Shown piece after piece: positions 50,266-61,114 of a stretch of DNA of 64,000 nucleotides. Location of the stretch: positions 384,001 through 448,000 of the forward strand of contig CAWEWF010000001.1 of assembly GCA_963812605.1 (NCBI GenBank), in the 5' to 3' direction. The notes under the pieces are model-generated. The model saw nothing but the letters and a program-made list of their open reading frames with translations, was not told the DNA's origin and did not search any database. This DNA is from an uncultured Verrucomicrobiae bacterium (GTDB lineage Bacteria > Verrucomicrobiota > Verrucomicrobiia > Palsa-1439). Both the position numbers and the translations under genes were made by a program. Each line of letters opens with the position of its first letter. Position 1 is the stretch's first letter.

Positions 50266-50325
50266 ACAGGCGAGACGCCTGTTCAACTCGGGGACGGAAA
50301 GACGCGGGCGGGACGCCCGCACCAC
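50266..50325. repeat. REP-like palindromes
   Basis: acaggcgagacgcctgt and gcgggcgggacgcccgcaccac. Confidence 0.65.
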
Positions 50326-50405
50326 TATATAGGGAGGGGGCTCATATATGTTTCGGCGGATAACAGCCTTGCCGAAGCGGCGGCATCCGGGCTATAAGGC
50401 GGTGG

Positions 50406-51254
50406 ATGAGTACGCGGAGTATCGCCTTCGCCAACCAGAAGGGGGGCGTTGGCAAAACCACCACGGCGGTCAGTGTCGCGGCGTGTCTTGCCGAACGCGG
50501 GAAACGGACGTTGCTGGTGGATATCGATCCACAGGCGAACGCGACGAGCGCGCTGGGTTTGGAAAAGCTTGCGGGCGGGAGCGTCTACAAGGCGTTGCTC
50601 GGCGGCGCGCTGCTGGCGGATTCGATCCGGCCGGCGGGACTGGAGCACCTCGACGTGATTCCAGGCGAAGTAGACCTGGCGGTCGCCGAGGTGGACGTGG
50701 CGCGCGCGGAAAATTATCTCCAGCGGTTGCAGTTTGCGCTGACGCCGATCCAGAGTGCGCAACAGTATGAATTCATCCTGATTGACTGTCCGCCGTCGCT
50801 TGGCATTCTCACCATGAACGCGCTGGCGGCGGTGGATAGCGCGTTGATCCCGATGCAGGCGGAGTATTTTGCGCTGGAGGGCCTGGCGGTCATCACGCGG
50901 GTGCTGCAACAGATACGCGACAGCGGCGCCAATCCGTCGCTGGAACTGGAGGGCATTGTCCTGACGATGTACGACGGGCGCACGAACCTGGCCCAGCAGG
51001 TGGCGGCGGAGGTGCGCAAACATTTCCCCGGCAAAGTGTACAAGACGATCATCCCGCGGACGGTGCGGCTTGCGGAAGCGCCCAGTTTTGGCAAGCCGAT
51101 CACCACGTACGACAGCGGTTCGTATGCGGCGATGTGTTACCGGTCGTTGACAGACGAGATGCTCGCGCCACCGCCGGCGGCCCCAGAATCGACCTCCACG
51201 GATGCCGCCCCGAAAGTGGAAGCGCCTTCCTCGACACCCTTGCCGACAGCTTGA
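50406..51254 (+). CDS. parA: ParA/Soj-family ATPase
   Basis: NQKGGVGKTTT, DIDPQANAT, IDCPPSLG, QAEYFALEG, RLAEAPSFG. Confidence 0.92.
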   Translation: MSTRSIAFANQKGGVGKTTTAVSVAACLAERGKRTLLVDIDPQANATSALGLEKLAGGSVYKALLGGALLADSIRPAGLEHLDVIPGEVDLAVAEVDVARAENYLQRLQFALTPIQSAQQYEFILIDCPPSLGILTMNALAAVDSALIPMQAEYFALEGLAVITRVLQQIRDSGANPSLELEGIVLTMYDGRTNLAQQVAAEVRKHFPGKVYKTIIPRTVRLAEAPSFGKPITTYDSGSYAAMCYRSLTDEMLAPPPAAPESTSTDAAPKVEAPSSTPLPTA

Positions 51255-51264
51255 GCGGATTGCG

Positions 51265-51834
51265 CTACGGATTCTTTTTGTCGCGCTTCTCTTTGGTTTG
51301 TTCGATCTCGCGCTTGATGTCTGTCGAGCTGTAATCGGAAGCGACCAAGCGATCACCGTCATAGACCTCGACCAGATAGCCCTGGATGGTACCGCCGTGG
51401 GTATAGCGACGACTATCGTAATCATAGTCCGTCGTGACCGTATCCAAGTCGATCGAGTCAGTGTCGAAGGCATATCGTTGCCCGACGGCGACTTTGCACT
51501 GTCGTTCGCCTTCGACGATTTTTTTAGGGGCATTGTTCCAACTGTAACCGGCCCCTTGGGCTTCGGCATGCGAAGGATCCACCAGGATTGCCCATTTGAC
51601 TTTGAGGTCGGAAGGTTTGGTCGTGTTGAGACCAAGGATTTCAACGGTATAGTAAACGGCCGAATTAACCTGCTGCTGGCGATAAGTCCCACTGGCGGAC
51701 TGATAGGTGGTGTGTCGGTGATCGGTCTCCATCTTGCTAACCTTCAAGCGCACAGGGTTGGCTTGAGCGTGTGCGTCACCGGGTGGGACTGCCAACAGCA
51801 GAAAGGCCAGCAGGAATGGTCGGGCCTGTTTCAT
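51265..51834 (-). CDS. Secreted hypothetical protein (paralog of 61115..61621)
   Basis: Signal peptide; shared VxYTV, WAxL, FD, GYxVE, VASD, DIK motifs. Confidence 0.75.
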   Translation of the reverse strand: MKQARPFLLAFLLLAVPPGDAHAQANPVRLKVSKMETDHRHTTYQSASGTYRQQQVNSAVYYTVEILGLNTTKPSDLKVKWAILVDPSHAEAQGAGYSWNNAPKKIVEGERQCKVAVGQRYAFDTDSIDLDTVTTDYDYDSRRYTHGGTIQGYLVEVYDGDRLVASDYSSTDIKREIEQTKEKRDKKNP

Positions 51835-51899
51835 TATGAGTCGTCGGGTTCAACAGGACGGCCCAAGTTGTAGGCCTGGCCGAGATGAAGGTCAAGAAT

Positions 51900-52535
51900 T
51901 CAATCCGCCGTCTTGGCGGCCTCGTCCACCATGCGAAACTCCAACTGATGGATTTCCCTGTCCGACGCCCCGTAGGCGATGGCCAGCCGTGATTTGTCGG
52001 CGGTGTGTTTGACATAGATGCCCGGGACCGAGGACAGGGGGTGCCAGCCATCGGCCCAGGTTGAATTGCCCTGGTTGTTTTGCAGCATCGTGTTGATCTC
52101 TACCGGCGAGAAAAACACGAAATCACCGACGTTGTCGCCGCGCTTGTTTTTATGCCAGGCAATGGGGCAATCGATGACTTCGCGCACGGACGAGCCCGAG
52201 TAATCGATACCGTCGTATTTTTCGCCCACGTTGCCGACATAGACTGCGATGTTCCGGCCGTCCTTGGTGAAAATGTCGCGTTGGCGGGTTTCCACAAGAT
52301 CCAGATTGTAGTCGTCATTCGTCGAGGCGATCAGGCTCACATTCGTGGTGAAGGCCTCCGTGAGTTCCACATAGAATCCTTTTTGCGTGGGGATGTCTCC
52401 GGTGCTGATTTGCACCGCGCGGGGCGATCCATATCGTTGAACCAGAACCGGCTCCGAATCCCCGAGCCAGGCGTTGGCGACCGTGACGACCGTCAGTGAC
52501 GCCGCAAAAGTCAGTACCACGAAAACAGTCTTCAT
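51900..52535 (-). CDS. Secreted hypothetical protein
   Basis: Signal peptide; AWLGDS...QRYGSP N-terminus. Confidence 0.7.
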   Translation of the reverse strand: MKTVFVVLTFAASLTVVTVANAWLGDSEPVLVQRYGSPRAVQISTGDIPTQKGFYVELTEAFTTNVSLIASTNDDYNLDLVETRQRDIFTKDGRNIAVYVGNVGEKYDGIDYSGSSVREVIDCPIAWHKNKRGDNVGDFVFFSPVEINTMLQNNQGNSTWADGWHPLSSVPGIYVKHTADKSRLAIAYGASDREIHQLEFRMVDEAAKTAD

Positions 52536-52670
52536 TTCTCTTTCTCCCGTTTCCAGATTACTCTGACTCTGAACGAAAACCCAGTCAAACGTAATATCAA
52601 TTTGGAAGACAAACGCAGGCTGTTATAATACCGCAATCAGGATTTGCGAGGAATGGAATTTTCCCTGCGC

Positions 52671-54248
52671 ATGGGCATGAACACGCATGATCAATTAGCA
52701 AAGCTCCTGGCGTTTGTCATGTTGACCGGCTGCATGTCCAACGCCATGGCCGAGGAAGCTGCGCCGGCGATGAGTGAGCTCACCATTCGCGCCGATCAGC
52801 CGCAAGGGACGATCAACCGCAACATCTACGGCCAGTTTTCCGAACATCTTGGCCGCGGCATCTACGAAGGGATTTGGGTCGGCGAGGATTCACCGATTCC
52901 AAATACGCGGGGGATCCGCAACGATGTCGTCGCGGCGTTGAAACAATTGCGCATACCCGTGCTGCGCTGGCCGGGCGGTTGTTTCGCCGATGAATACCAC
53001 TGGCGGGACGGCATCGACGCCCGCGAGAGCCGGCCGAAGACGATCAACACGCACTGGGGCGGCGTGATGGAGGACAACCAATTTGGCACGCACGAGTTTT
53101 TCGATCTTTGCGGGCAGTTGGGTTGTGAGCCCTACATCTGCGGCAATGTCGGCAGCGGCAGCGTCCGCGAGATGATGGAGTGGATCGAGTATATGACCTC
53201 CGATGCCGACTCGCCGCTGGCCAACCTGCGGCGCCAGAATGGCCGTGATAAGCCATGGAGATTGAGATATTTCGGCATCGGGAACGAAAGTTGGGGGTGT
53301 GGCGGGAATATGCGCCCGGAGTTTTATGCCGACAATTTCCGGCGCTACAACACATTCGTGAACAATTACCGGGGCAACCGGATTGAGCGTATCGCCTGCG
53401 GCCCGAACGGGGCGGACTATCATTGGACGGAAGTACTCATGTCCATGGCAGGTCGCCAGATGAACGGGCTCTCGCTGCACTACTACACGCTGCCGAGCGG
53501 GAAATGGAACCAGAAGGGCGCGGCCACCGGGTTCACCGAGGAGGAATGGCATTCCACCCTGTGGCAAACGCTACGGATGGACGAAATGATCACCAAACAT
53601 TCGGCCATTATGGACAAGTACGATCCGGAAAAGCGGGTCGGCCTGGTTGTGGACGAATGGGGCGCGTCGTATGACGTTGAGCCTGGCACCAATCCGGGGT
53701 TCCTTTATCAGCAGAATACGCTGCGCGACGCGCTGGTGGCCGGCATCAACTTAAATATCTTCCAGCAGCATTGTGACCGCGTGAAGATGGCCAACATTGC
53801 GCAAATGGTCAATGTTCTCCAGGCGATGATCCTGACGGACAAGGAGAAAATGGTGCTCACGCCGACCTACCACGTTTACGAAATGTACAAGGTCCACCAG
53901 GACGCGACCTTGCTCCCAATCGAACTCACGACACCCGATTACAAGCTGGGAGGAAAGACCGTGCCCACGTTGCAGGCCTCCGCCTCGCGCGACAAGAGCG
54001 GTCGCATTCACCTCTCGCTGGTCAATCTCGACCCGCGCCACGATGCGTCGCTCACCGCGAAGGTGGACGGGGGAGCGATCAAGACAATTACCGGCTGCGT
54101 ACTTACAGCGGCGTCGATGGATGCGCAGAATAGCTTTGAAAATCCCGACGCCGTGGCACCGTCGCCATTCACCGGATTCGAGCGGAAGGGCGAGGAAATC
54201 GCGGTGACACTCCCTTCCAAGTCCGTGGTGGTGCTGGAGATCGAATAG
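52671..54248 (+). CDS. Alpha-L-arabinofuranosidase (GH51)
   Basis: [42 protein letters not shown]. Confidence 0.95.
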   Translation: MGMNTHDQLAKLLAFVMLTGCMSNAMAEEAAPAMSELTIRADQPQGTINRNIYGQFSEHLGRGIYEGIWVGEDSPIPNTRGIRNDVVAALKQLRIPVLRWPGGCFADEYHWRDGIDARESRPKTINTHWGGVMEDNQFGTHEFFDLCGQLGCEPYICGNVGSGSVREMMEWIEYMTSDADSPLANLRRQNGRDKPWRLRYFGIGNESWGCGGNMRPEFYADNFRRYNTFVNNYRGNRIERIACGPNGADYHWTEVLMSMAGRQMNGLSLHYYTLPSGKWNQKGAATGFTEEEWHSTLWQTLRMDEMITKHSAIMDKYDPEKRVGLVVDEWGASYDVEPGTNPGFLYQQNTLRDALVAGINLNIFQQHCDRVKMANIAQMVNVLQAMILTDKEKMVLTPTYHVYEMYKVHQDATLLPIELTTPDYKLGGKTVPTLQASASRDKSGRIHLSLVNLDPRHDASLTAKVDGGAIKTITGCVLTAASMDAQNSFENPDAVAPSPFTGFERKGEEIAVTLPSKSVVVLEIE

Positions 54249-54286
54249 GGACAGAATCACGAAATGAACAACTACAAACGGAAAGC

Positions 54287-55342
54287 ATGAAACGAGATCG
54301 TCCCAAGGAAATTGAAATTCGACAGGCTGCGTATGGCCGCTGGCCGAATTGCTATCGGCTGGCCAATGACTCGATGGAATTGATCATCACCACGGATGTC
54401 GGGCCGCGTATCATCCGTTGCGGCTTCGTTGGCGCGGACAACGAATTCAAAGAATATCCCGAGCAGCTTGGGAAGAAGGGTGGGGAGGACTGGCGCGTTT
54501 ACGGCGGGCACCGGCTCTGGCACGCGCCGGAACACAAAGTGCGCACGTACTTCCCCGACAACTCACCGGTAAAATTCGAGCGAAGCGAGGGCGGCGTGCG
54601 CCTCGTGCAAACAACTGAAACCACGACGGGCATTCAAAAGGAAATCGAGGTGCGCCTGGCGCCAGACGCGGCGCACGCCACGGTCACACACCGCCTTCGC
54701 AACGTCAATTCCCAGCCGGTCACCCTTGCGCCATGGGCCCTGACGGTAATGGCGCCCGGGGGCACGGCCATTGTGCCCTTGCCGGCGCGCGGGTCGCATC
54801 CGGAAGACCTGCCGCCCGAGAACTCGTTGACACTGTGGAAGTACACCGACATGAGCGACGCGCGGTGGACGTGGGGCCGCAAATATATTCTCGTGCGGCA
54901 AGACTCCGGGGCGGCGATCGAGCCGCAAAAGATCGGGGCATCCATCCCCGATGGCTGGATCGCGTATGCGCGCGCCGACCGATTGTTTTTGAAAACCTTC
55001 CGATATGAGCCAGCCGCGATTTATCCGGATATGGGTTGCTCCGTCGAAGTTTTCACCAACAACGAGATGCTCGAACTCGAAACTCTTGGGCCGGTCACGC
55101 AGTTGGCCCCGGGCGGGGTGGTCGACCACATTGAGCACTGGTGGCTGTTTCGCGATGTGCCGGTTCCGCGCAGCGATGCCGAGGTTGACGCGTATGTGCT
55201 GCCCCGGGTGCAGACCTCTCGGATTGCCTTATTGGCGGGAAAACTGCCGCCTCGGGAAGATCACGCGCCAGCGAACGTCCCGCCGTCCTTATCTGAAGAT
55301 CTTGATGGTGAGCTTCTCCGCGCTTGTATCCATGCCCTTTAA
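54287..55342 (+). CDS. DUF4380-like/galactose mutarotase-like protein
   Basis: DVGPRII, YGGHRLWHAPE, YPDMGCSVE, LELETLGP. Confidence 0.75.
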   Translation: MKRDRPKEIEIRQAAYGRWPNCYRLANDSMELIITTDVGPRIIRCGFVGADNEFKEYPEQLGKKGGEDWRVYGGHRLWHAPEHKVRTYFPDNSPVKFERSEGGVRLVQTTETTTGIQKEIEVRLAPDAAHATVTHRLRNVNSQPVTLAPWALTVMAPGGTAIVPLPARGSHPEDLPPENSLTLWKYTDMSDARWTWGRKYILVRQDSGAAIEPQKIGASIPDGWIAYARADRLFLKTFRYEPAAIYPDMGCSVEVFTNNEMLELETLGPVTQLAPGGVVDHIEHWWLFRDVPVPRSDAEVDAYVLPRVQTSRIALLAGKLPPREDHAPANVPPSLSEDLDGELLRACIHAL

Positions 55343-58300
55343 CTTCAACGAAAGGCGCGCCGCGCTGAAGGTGCCGAACATCGTCGTTGGCTTGCCGCCG
55401 AATATGACGTAGCCATAAACGCTGTTGCGTGACGTCACCAGCAACTGCCCCATCACGGTGCCCGGAGCGTCGCTCGCGGCGATGTCGAAGACGGCGGAAT
55501 CGCTGGCATTGGAACTGATCAGGTAACTCACCGCCGTCAACGTCTTGCCCATTGTCACCAGTCCCGTCCACGTGCCAGCGAGATCGGGAAGCGTCGTTGC
55601 CGGGATCCCCTTCCAGTGGAAGGTCCCCGAGGCCGTCGGGACGGTCCCGTTGACGCTCTTGAGGCTCTTGACTGTCCCCAACAGCGTGCCGGTCCAATTC
55701 GTCGTGCTGCCGGTCTCTTCGAAGAATGGTCCCGTCACCTGTCCCTTCCCGTTGAAGTTCCATAGGCCCGATACATCGTCCCGTCCAAATGTCTGGAGGC
55801 GAAACCCATAACCGCTGGCGCTGAAGTCATCCCCGAAGGTCAGGAATTCGGCCCCTTTGTCCGCCCCACCAATCGTGATTTCCCAATCGCCCAGCGGCGA
55901 GTTATTGGCGCCGACGGTGATCATGGCGGTCGGAGAGGTATTCGTCGCGCCGAGCGTATCGGTGGCGCGCGCCATGATGATGTGACTCCCGAACGTGGGA
56001 TTGACCAGGAAGTTCGTTCCCGGGTTCGACGCGGTTTCCCCGAGCTTCGTGCCGTCGGCAAAGAATTCGATCTTGCTGATGGCGGCGCCGTCGTTGGCGC
56101 TGGCGCTGGCGATCAGGGTGATCGTCAGGTTGGTGACCGGCGGATACAACATGCCATTTCCGGGACGCGCGAGGGTCACGGTTGGGGGAGTGTTCGCTGC
56201 ATTTGTTACCAGGTTGGTTACCGTGATAAAGTTTGCCAGCAACAACGTGTTCGAGCCGAGCGGGCCAAACACCGTCAAGCTGACCGAGAAAGTTCCGGCG
56301 GTGGTGTACGAATAGCTCGGGCTGGCCAGGGTGCTCGCGCCCCCGTCGCCAAAATTCCACAGGCGGCTGATCACGGTGCCACTGGAGGCATCGGCGAAGT
56401 TCACCAGCAGCGTCGCCGCGCCGATGGTCGGGTTCCCGGTGAAGCCCGCAATCGGCGCCACGGCAGCGGAACCGGTCACCGCATTGGTTGAGACCCCGCC
56501 GTTACTGGCGAACATGACCGAACCGGTAAACGCCCCGACGGCCCCGGGGCTGAAACTCAGACTCACGAGGCCCGTCTGCCCACCGTTCACGGTGAACGGA
56601 CTGCCGCTGACCAGCGCGAAGGGCGGCCCCGACATGGTCGCCGTGCCGGTCAGCGTCTGGAGCCCAGCATTGGCAATGGAAAACGTCTGCGTGCTGCCCT
56701 GGCCCACCGGCAGCAATCCGAAGTCGAGATTGCCAGGCGCGACAATTAAAAACGGCGGGCCGTTCGTGATGATAATGATAATATAGTTGACTTGGGTGTT
56801 TGTACTCACACCGACCGGCCCAGTGACGACCAATGTGACCGTGTCCGTGCCGACCGAATTGTAGGTGTAGGCCACGGTCGTGTTCAGTGTATTCGTCGTC
56901 CCGCCATCCCCGAACGTCCAGGACCGGTTCGTAATCGTGCCGGTCGAACTATCGGTGAAGGTCACCGCCACCGGCACGAGGCCAGTAGTCGGCGTCCCGC
57001 TGAAGCTGGCTGACGGCGGCTGCGGCGGAATGATCGTGAAGGCAGCGCTGGCTACAGCGCTCCCCGTCACCCCGTCCAGAAATGCCCGGGCACGAACCGT
57101 GGCGGAGGTTGTCTGGGAAAATGGCCCCGCGTAGAGCGCCGAATTTGTCGTCGGATCGGTGTTGTCCAGCGTATAGTAAATGACAGAGCCCGGAGTGGCG
57201 TTGGTCAACGACACCAGGACCGCGTTGGTAAATGTGCCGCCGTTGGGCGCGATGGTGGGTGCCGCAGGGAAGTTGCCAAACACTGACAACGCCGATGCCG
57301 TTTCGACATAGACCTTCCCATTGGCCACCAGTGGCAGATTGAACTTAAGCCAGACATCCAGCATGTCCCGCGTTCCGGCCTGGTTGCTGTTGTAGAATTC
57401 GTTGCCCAGGTTGGTGGCGTCATAGGCGTGCAGAACACCCGGGGTGATTGTGCCGGTGTTCTCCAAGACCCACAGAATCGCGTTGGAATTCCCGTTGGCC
57501 GAAATGGCCATCGTGCCACCGCGTCCGTTGTATTGCTCCGACGAACTGGAGGTGGGATTGGTGGACAACAGCCCGTTACTCAATTGAAACGCCTGGACAC
57601 TTTCCTGAACCGGACTGAAGTACACATTCCCATTGAAATAGACGGGTGAACAGAAGTTGCCGCCCTCGTTTCCAAGATTATTGGGGAAGATGTTCACCAC
57701 CGACTCAACGATTTGGTCGGCGTTCGTGTTAAATTGCCCCATGTTGTCCCGGTCCACGAGGTAGATCGTTCCGTTCTTGCCGGCGCTGACCATCTCGTGC
57801 GGATGGGCCCCGCTTTGATCCGGGAGCAACAGCACTCCTCCCGCCCCCAGATCCAGGTCGCCCGCATTCAGGGTGGTCTGAACGCTGGGGGAGAAGTAGT
57901 CCAGGACCGCCCCGGCAGGATTGATCTTCACGAAGCAGTCTCCGTAATCACTGCCCCCGATATTGGCGGTCAAGGTTCCATTGCCGGTGATGAAGTAAAC
58001 GTTCCCTGTGGGATCGCAGGCCAGACCATCGCCGTTCATCCAGATACCGGCTTCGGCCGCGTTCGGGGCGGCGTTATAAATCAGCACCTGCTGCTGGATA
58101 TTGGTCGCGTTATATCCCATCACCCAGCCGTAAAACGGTGGATTATCCCCGTGGCTGGAAAAGCCAAAATACACCACGCCATTGGCCAGCAGCAGTCCCG
58201 TCCGCTGGTTCTCGCTGAGTGGAATGAACGGCACCTGACCGCCCACGGAACCAACGCCTGTACCGGGTACATTGCCTTGAATCACCACCGGACCGCCGAA

Positions 58301-58975
58301 CTTCTCCGTTCCCGTTGCGATATCCAGCGCATGCAACCGCTGCACGTAATTGGTCGTGCTGCCGGAGATTTCTTTGGTCTTGGCGACAACGTACAGCGTG
58401 CCACTGGTCGGATCGATCACCGGGGTACTGGTAATGCCAATTTCATTCGTGATATCGCCCGGCTCGCCTGTATCGACGGACGGAACCGGCGTCACCCCGG
58501 CCGCGGGATTGATGAAGCTCACCTGCCAAAGCGGACTGTTGGTCAATCCATCCGCATCGAAGGCGTAGACGCTGTCGTGCTCCGTCTCCACGAACACGAC
58601 ATTGTGGAAACCGTTGCCTGGAATATTGACGTTGGTCACGTAGAGCGGCGAGGCAAATGCCAGACCATCGAGCGCATAACTGAAGAGCTTCCCAAACGTC
58701 GCCGAGTTTACATTGGCTGGAGTCAATATGGTTTCGCTCAGGTTCTGACCGGTCCGCAAGTTGTCATTGTGATAAGTAAACGTACCCGGGTACACGCTCG
58801 CGGCAGCGATTCCTCCCCGGCCGACTGGAAGCACGACAGCGCTAATGGCCAATAAGAGGCGCGCGATAATGCGACAGGCCATGCCCGAAGACATTCGGGT
58901 CATAACGATACTCCGCAGTCTGCGTATAAGAAAACCACGGAATAAATAATAATACGAAATACTCTCTAAGCCCAT
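55289..58975 (-). CDS. Large secreted protein: PQQ-like beta-propeller, CHB_HEX_C-like, 2 PKD, choice-of-anchor-D-like and Ig-like domains
   Basis: TYHNDNLRTG, GITSTPVID, DLDLGAGG, YYTLDNTDP, WTFGDG/WNFGDG, NTPPTV; the true start is probably near 58903. Confidence 0.85.
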   Translation of the reverse strand: MGLESISYYYLFRGFLIRRLRSIVMTRMSSGMACRIIARLLLAISAVVLPVGRGGIAAASVYPGTFTYHNDNLRTGQNLSETILTPANVNSATFGKLFSYALDGLAFASPLYVTNVNIPGNGFHNVVFVETEHDSVYAFDADGLTNSPLWQVSFINPAAGVTPVPSVDTGEPGDITNEIGITSTPVIDPTSGTLYVVAKTKEISGSTTNYVQRLHALDIATGTEKFGGPVVIQGNVPGTGVGSVGGQVPFIPLSENQRTGLLLANGVVYFGFSSHGDNPPFYGWVMGYNATNIQQQVLIYNAAPNAAEAGIWMNGDGLACDPTGNVYFITGNGTLTANIGGSDYGDCFVKINPAGAVLDYFSPSVQTTLNAGDLDLGAGGVLLLPDQSGAHPHEMVSAGKNGTIYLVDRDNMGQFNTNADQIVESVVNIFPNNLGNEGGNFCSPVYFNGNVYFSPVQESVQAFQLSNGLLSTNPTSSSSEQYNGRGGTMAISANGNSNAILWVLENTGTITPGVLHAYDATNLGNEFYNSNQAGTRDMLDVWLKFNLPLVANGKVYVETASALSVFGNFPAAPTIAPNGGTFTNAVLVSLTNATPGSVIYYTLDNTDPTTNSALYAGPFSQTTSATVRARAFLDGVTGSAVASAAFTIIPPQPPSASFSGTPTTGLVPVAVTFTDSSTGTITNRSWTFGDGGTTNTLNTTVAYTYNSVGTDTVTLVVTGPVGVSTNTQVNYIIIIITNGPPFLIVAPGNLDFGLLPVGQGSTQTFSIANAGLQTLTGTATMSGPPFALVSGSPFTVNGGQTGLVSLSFSPGAVGAFTGSVMFASNGGVSTNAVTGSAAVAPIAGFTGNPTIGAATLLVNFADASSGTVISRLWNFGDGGASTLASPSYSYTTAGTFSVSLTVFGPLGSNTLLLANFITVTNLVTNAANTPPTVTLARPGNGMLYPPVTNLTITLIASASANDGAAISKIEFFADGTKLGETASNPGTNFLVNPTFGSHIIMARATDTLGATNTSPTAMITVGANNSPLGDWEITIGGADKGAEFLTFGDDFSASGYGFRLQTFGRDDVSGLWNFNGKGQVTGPFFEETGSTTNWTGTLLGTVKSLKSVNGTVPTASGTFHWKGIPATTLPDLAGTWTGLVTMGKTLTAVSYLISSNASDSAVFDIAASDAPGTVMGQLLVTSRNSVYGYVIFGGKPTTMFGTFSAARLSLKLKGMDTSAEKLTIKIFR

Positions 58976-58990
58976 AGCAAACGCTAGGAC

Positions 58991-59006
58991 AGCACACCAC
59001 GTGCCG
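58991..59006 (-). promoter_or_regulatory. Possible sigma54 (-24/-12) promoter
   Basis: Minus strand CGGCACGTGGTGTGCT, GG-N10-GC spacing, upstream of the large secreted protein. Confidence 0.45.
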
Positions 59007-59133
59007 TGATGTCCTCGACCCCCACCTGGATTGTTTGTGGACGTAATTCCAACCGGCTCAGGCTGCGTGAACCAATAAGTTTACCACGACAACATCAATT
59101 GCTTCACGCCACTGGCCTACAGCGGCCTGAAAA

Positions 59134-59210
<77 letters not shown>

Positions 59211-59322
59211 ACAAGCATTTGGAGGATAGATTCTAAACCGCCGATACCCGTTGGACAAGCGTTTTTCAGGCTTTTGACGGCACAGCACCGGTAAGGCCGC
59301 CTCCCGGGCCCGACAATTATTT

Positions 59323-61107
59323 GTGTTCGACAGTAGAATTGTGCTACCGGATAATACCGTCAGCATTTGTGCGGGCCAATGTGTGAATAGGTTTCATTCC
59401 TTTGCCAGCGTCTGGAAAGATGGGTTGGCGTCGCGCTGGTGCGATGCCATCATCATCCTTGGTTTGATTCTGTTCGCGAGCTTCTCCTTCTACGCGACGC
59501 CCGAATTCGCCGCCAATCTGTCGGAAGATGGCGCGGACTCCGCGATTCCCGCGGTGAACCTGCTGGAGCGCGGAAAATTCGTCCTGACAGCCTACGGTCG
59601 TGACTATCCACCGGCGCATCCGTTCGGGGTGGCATTATTGTTGATACCGACGTACCTGGTGACGGGACATTTCCTCGGGAACGGCATCTACGCGATTCTT
59701 CTCTGCGCGCTCGGTTCCATCGTGGTCATTTACCTCTTGGGCATGAAGCTGGGTGGACGATGGTGCGGCAGTTGCGCCGCGCTGTTTCTGATCACGCATT
59801 ACGGCTTCTGGCAGTATTCCCAGAAGATCATGAGCGAAGTGCCCTCGGTGCTTCTGCTGGCCAGCATGCTGTTCCTGCTCCTTTCCGTTCGCGAAAAAAG
59901 AGTAGCGGGCTTGCGCTGCGTCGCGGTGGGAGCACTTCTCGGGGTTGCCGTCACGGTTCGTTATGACAACCTGCTTTGGTTCGCGCCGACCGCGGTGCTG
60001 TTATTGGCCGCAGGCCCCTGGGCGGAACGCCTGCGGCGCGTGGCGCTCTGCCTGGCGGGCCTGGCGCCGTGGCTCCTTCTCCTGGCGGTCTATCAACAAG
60101 TGACCTTCGGGAGTCCGTGGCGGACGGGCTACAGCTACTGGGGCAACACCGGCGATTCCGCGCAACCGCATTTCTCCACGAAATACTTCACGACCTCCAG
60201 CTTTCTGGGAATGAAACAAATTGACCGCCAATTTGCCGGGCTTATTGAAGGAAATGGGATGTTCTATGCCGAGTCACTGCTCGCGGAGTCGGACACGACG
60301 CATATCTTCGGGCATCCGCTATACTGGCAGTTGCCCGATCGCCCGGTCTATCAGCTATTGGCGTTGTTGCGCACGGCCCTGGGCATCGTCGGCATCGTGG
60401 CCTGCCTGGCCGCATGGCGAACAAATCCGCTTCAGCGACAGTTCCTGCTTTGGTCGATCCCCATCACGCTCATCAGCGTCAGCTTGTTTCTGTTGTACTT
60501 CTGGGAGGAGGAACGGTTTCTGATGCGGCTGGTTCCGTTGTTCTGTCTCGCGAACGGCATGGGTGCGACAGCGTTGCTGTCAAAATGGCCCGCAAAATCA
60601 TGGCGCGCAATTGTGTCTATCCTCGTCGGCGTATTGATCGCGGGTTTGGCGTTTTACAACTGGCAGATGGGTTTTCCGACGGGCAACGATTTGCATTTCT
60701 ACGAAGTATTCACCTACGCGTCACGTCACATGGAGCCCGATGCGGTCGTGGTCACCAATTTCGACCCCTACCGCGCTGATGCCTATCTGGTCCGCGGCAC
60801 GAAACGCATGGCCGTGCCGCTCGCGCGCGACCGGGGAGGCGTGGTACTATTGGTGAACGGGAAGCCAACACTCACTTCCATCGACCCGTTCGTCGCGGTG
60901 GAAGACCCCGAACGGCTGAGGGAATTCCTTCACTCCGGGCGACCAATCTACTGGCTCATTAACAACCCATGGTCAGGACAGCCCCCGAAGGAACTGGACG
61001 CGCTGCAACGATCATTTCGACTGCAGGTGCTGGCGACGGCCAACCCGAATGGAGCCGGCGAACAACCCTACTTTGGACGGGTCCGCAACTTGTCGGAAGG
61101 ACAGTGA
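59323..61107 (+). CDS. GT-C fold (ArnT/PMT-like, GT39/83) membrane glycosyltransferase
   Basis: SEDGAD loop, YPPAHPFG, IMSEVP, VRYDN, TFGSPWRTGY, ERFLM; start uncertain. Confidence 0.8.
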   Translation: MFDSRIVLPDNTVSICAGQCVNRFHSFASVWKDGLASRWCDAIIILGLILFASFSFYATPEFAANLSEDGADSAIPAVNLLERGKFVLTAYGRDYPPAHPFGVALLLIPTYLVTGHFLGNGIYAILLCALGSIVVIYLLGMKLGGRWCGSCAALFLITHYGFWQYSQKIMSEVPSVLLLASMLFLLLSVREKRVAGLRCVAVGALLGVAVTVRYDNLLWFAPTAVLLLAAGPWAERLRRVALCLAGLAPWLLLLAVYQQVTFGSPWRTGYSYWGNTGDSAQPHFSTKYFTTSSFLGMKQIDRQFAGLIEGNGMFYAESLLAESDTTHIFGHPLYWQLPDRPVYQLLALLRTALGIVGIVACLAAWRTNPLQRQFLLWSIPITLISVSLFLLYFWEEERFLMRLVPLFCLANGMGATALLSKWPAKSWRAIVSILVGVLIAGLAFYNWQMGFPTGNDLHFYEVFTYASRHMEPDAVVVTNFDPYRADAYLVRGTKRMAVPLARDRGGVVLLVNGKPTLTSIDPFVAVEDPERLREFLHSGRPIYWLINNPWSGQPPKELDALQRSFRLQVLATANPNGAGEQPYFGRVRNLSEGQ

Positions 61108-61114
61108 CTTCCGA

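Noticed and set aside
55289-55342. 54-bp convergent overlap of two CDSs
   Set aside because: The tail of the + strand gene looks like non-conserved read-through, with no evidence of function.
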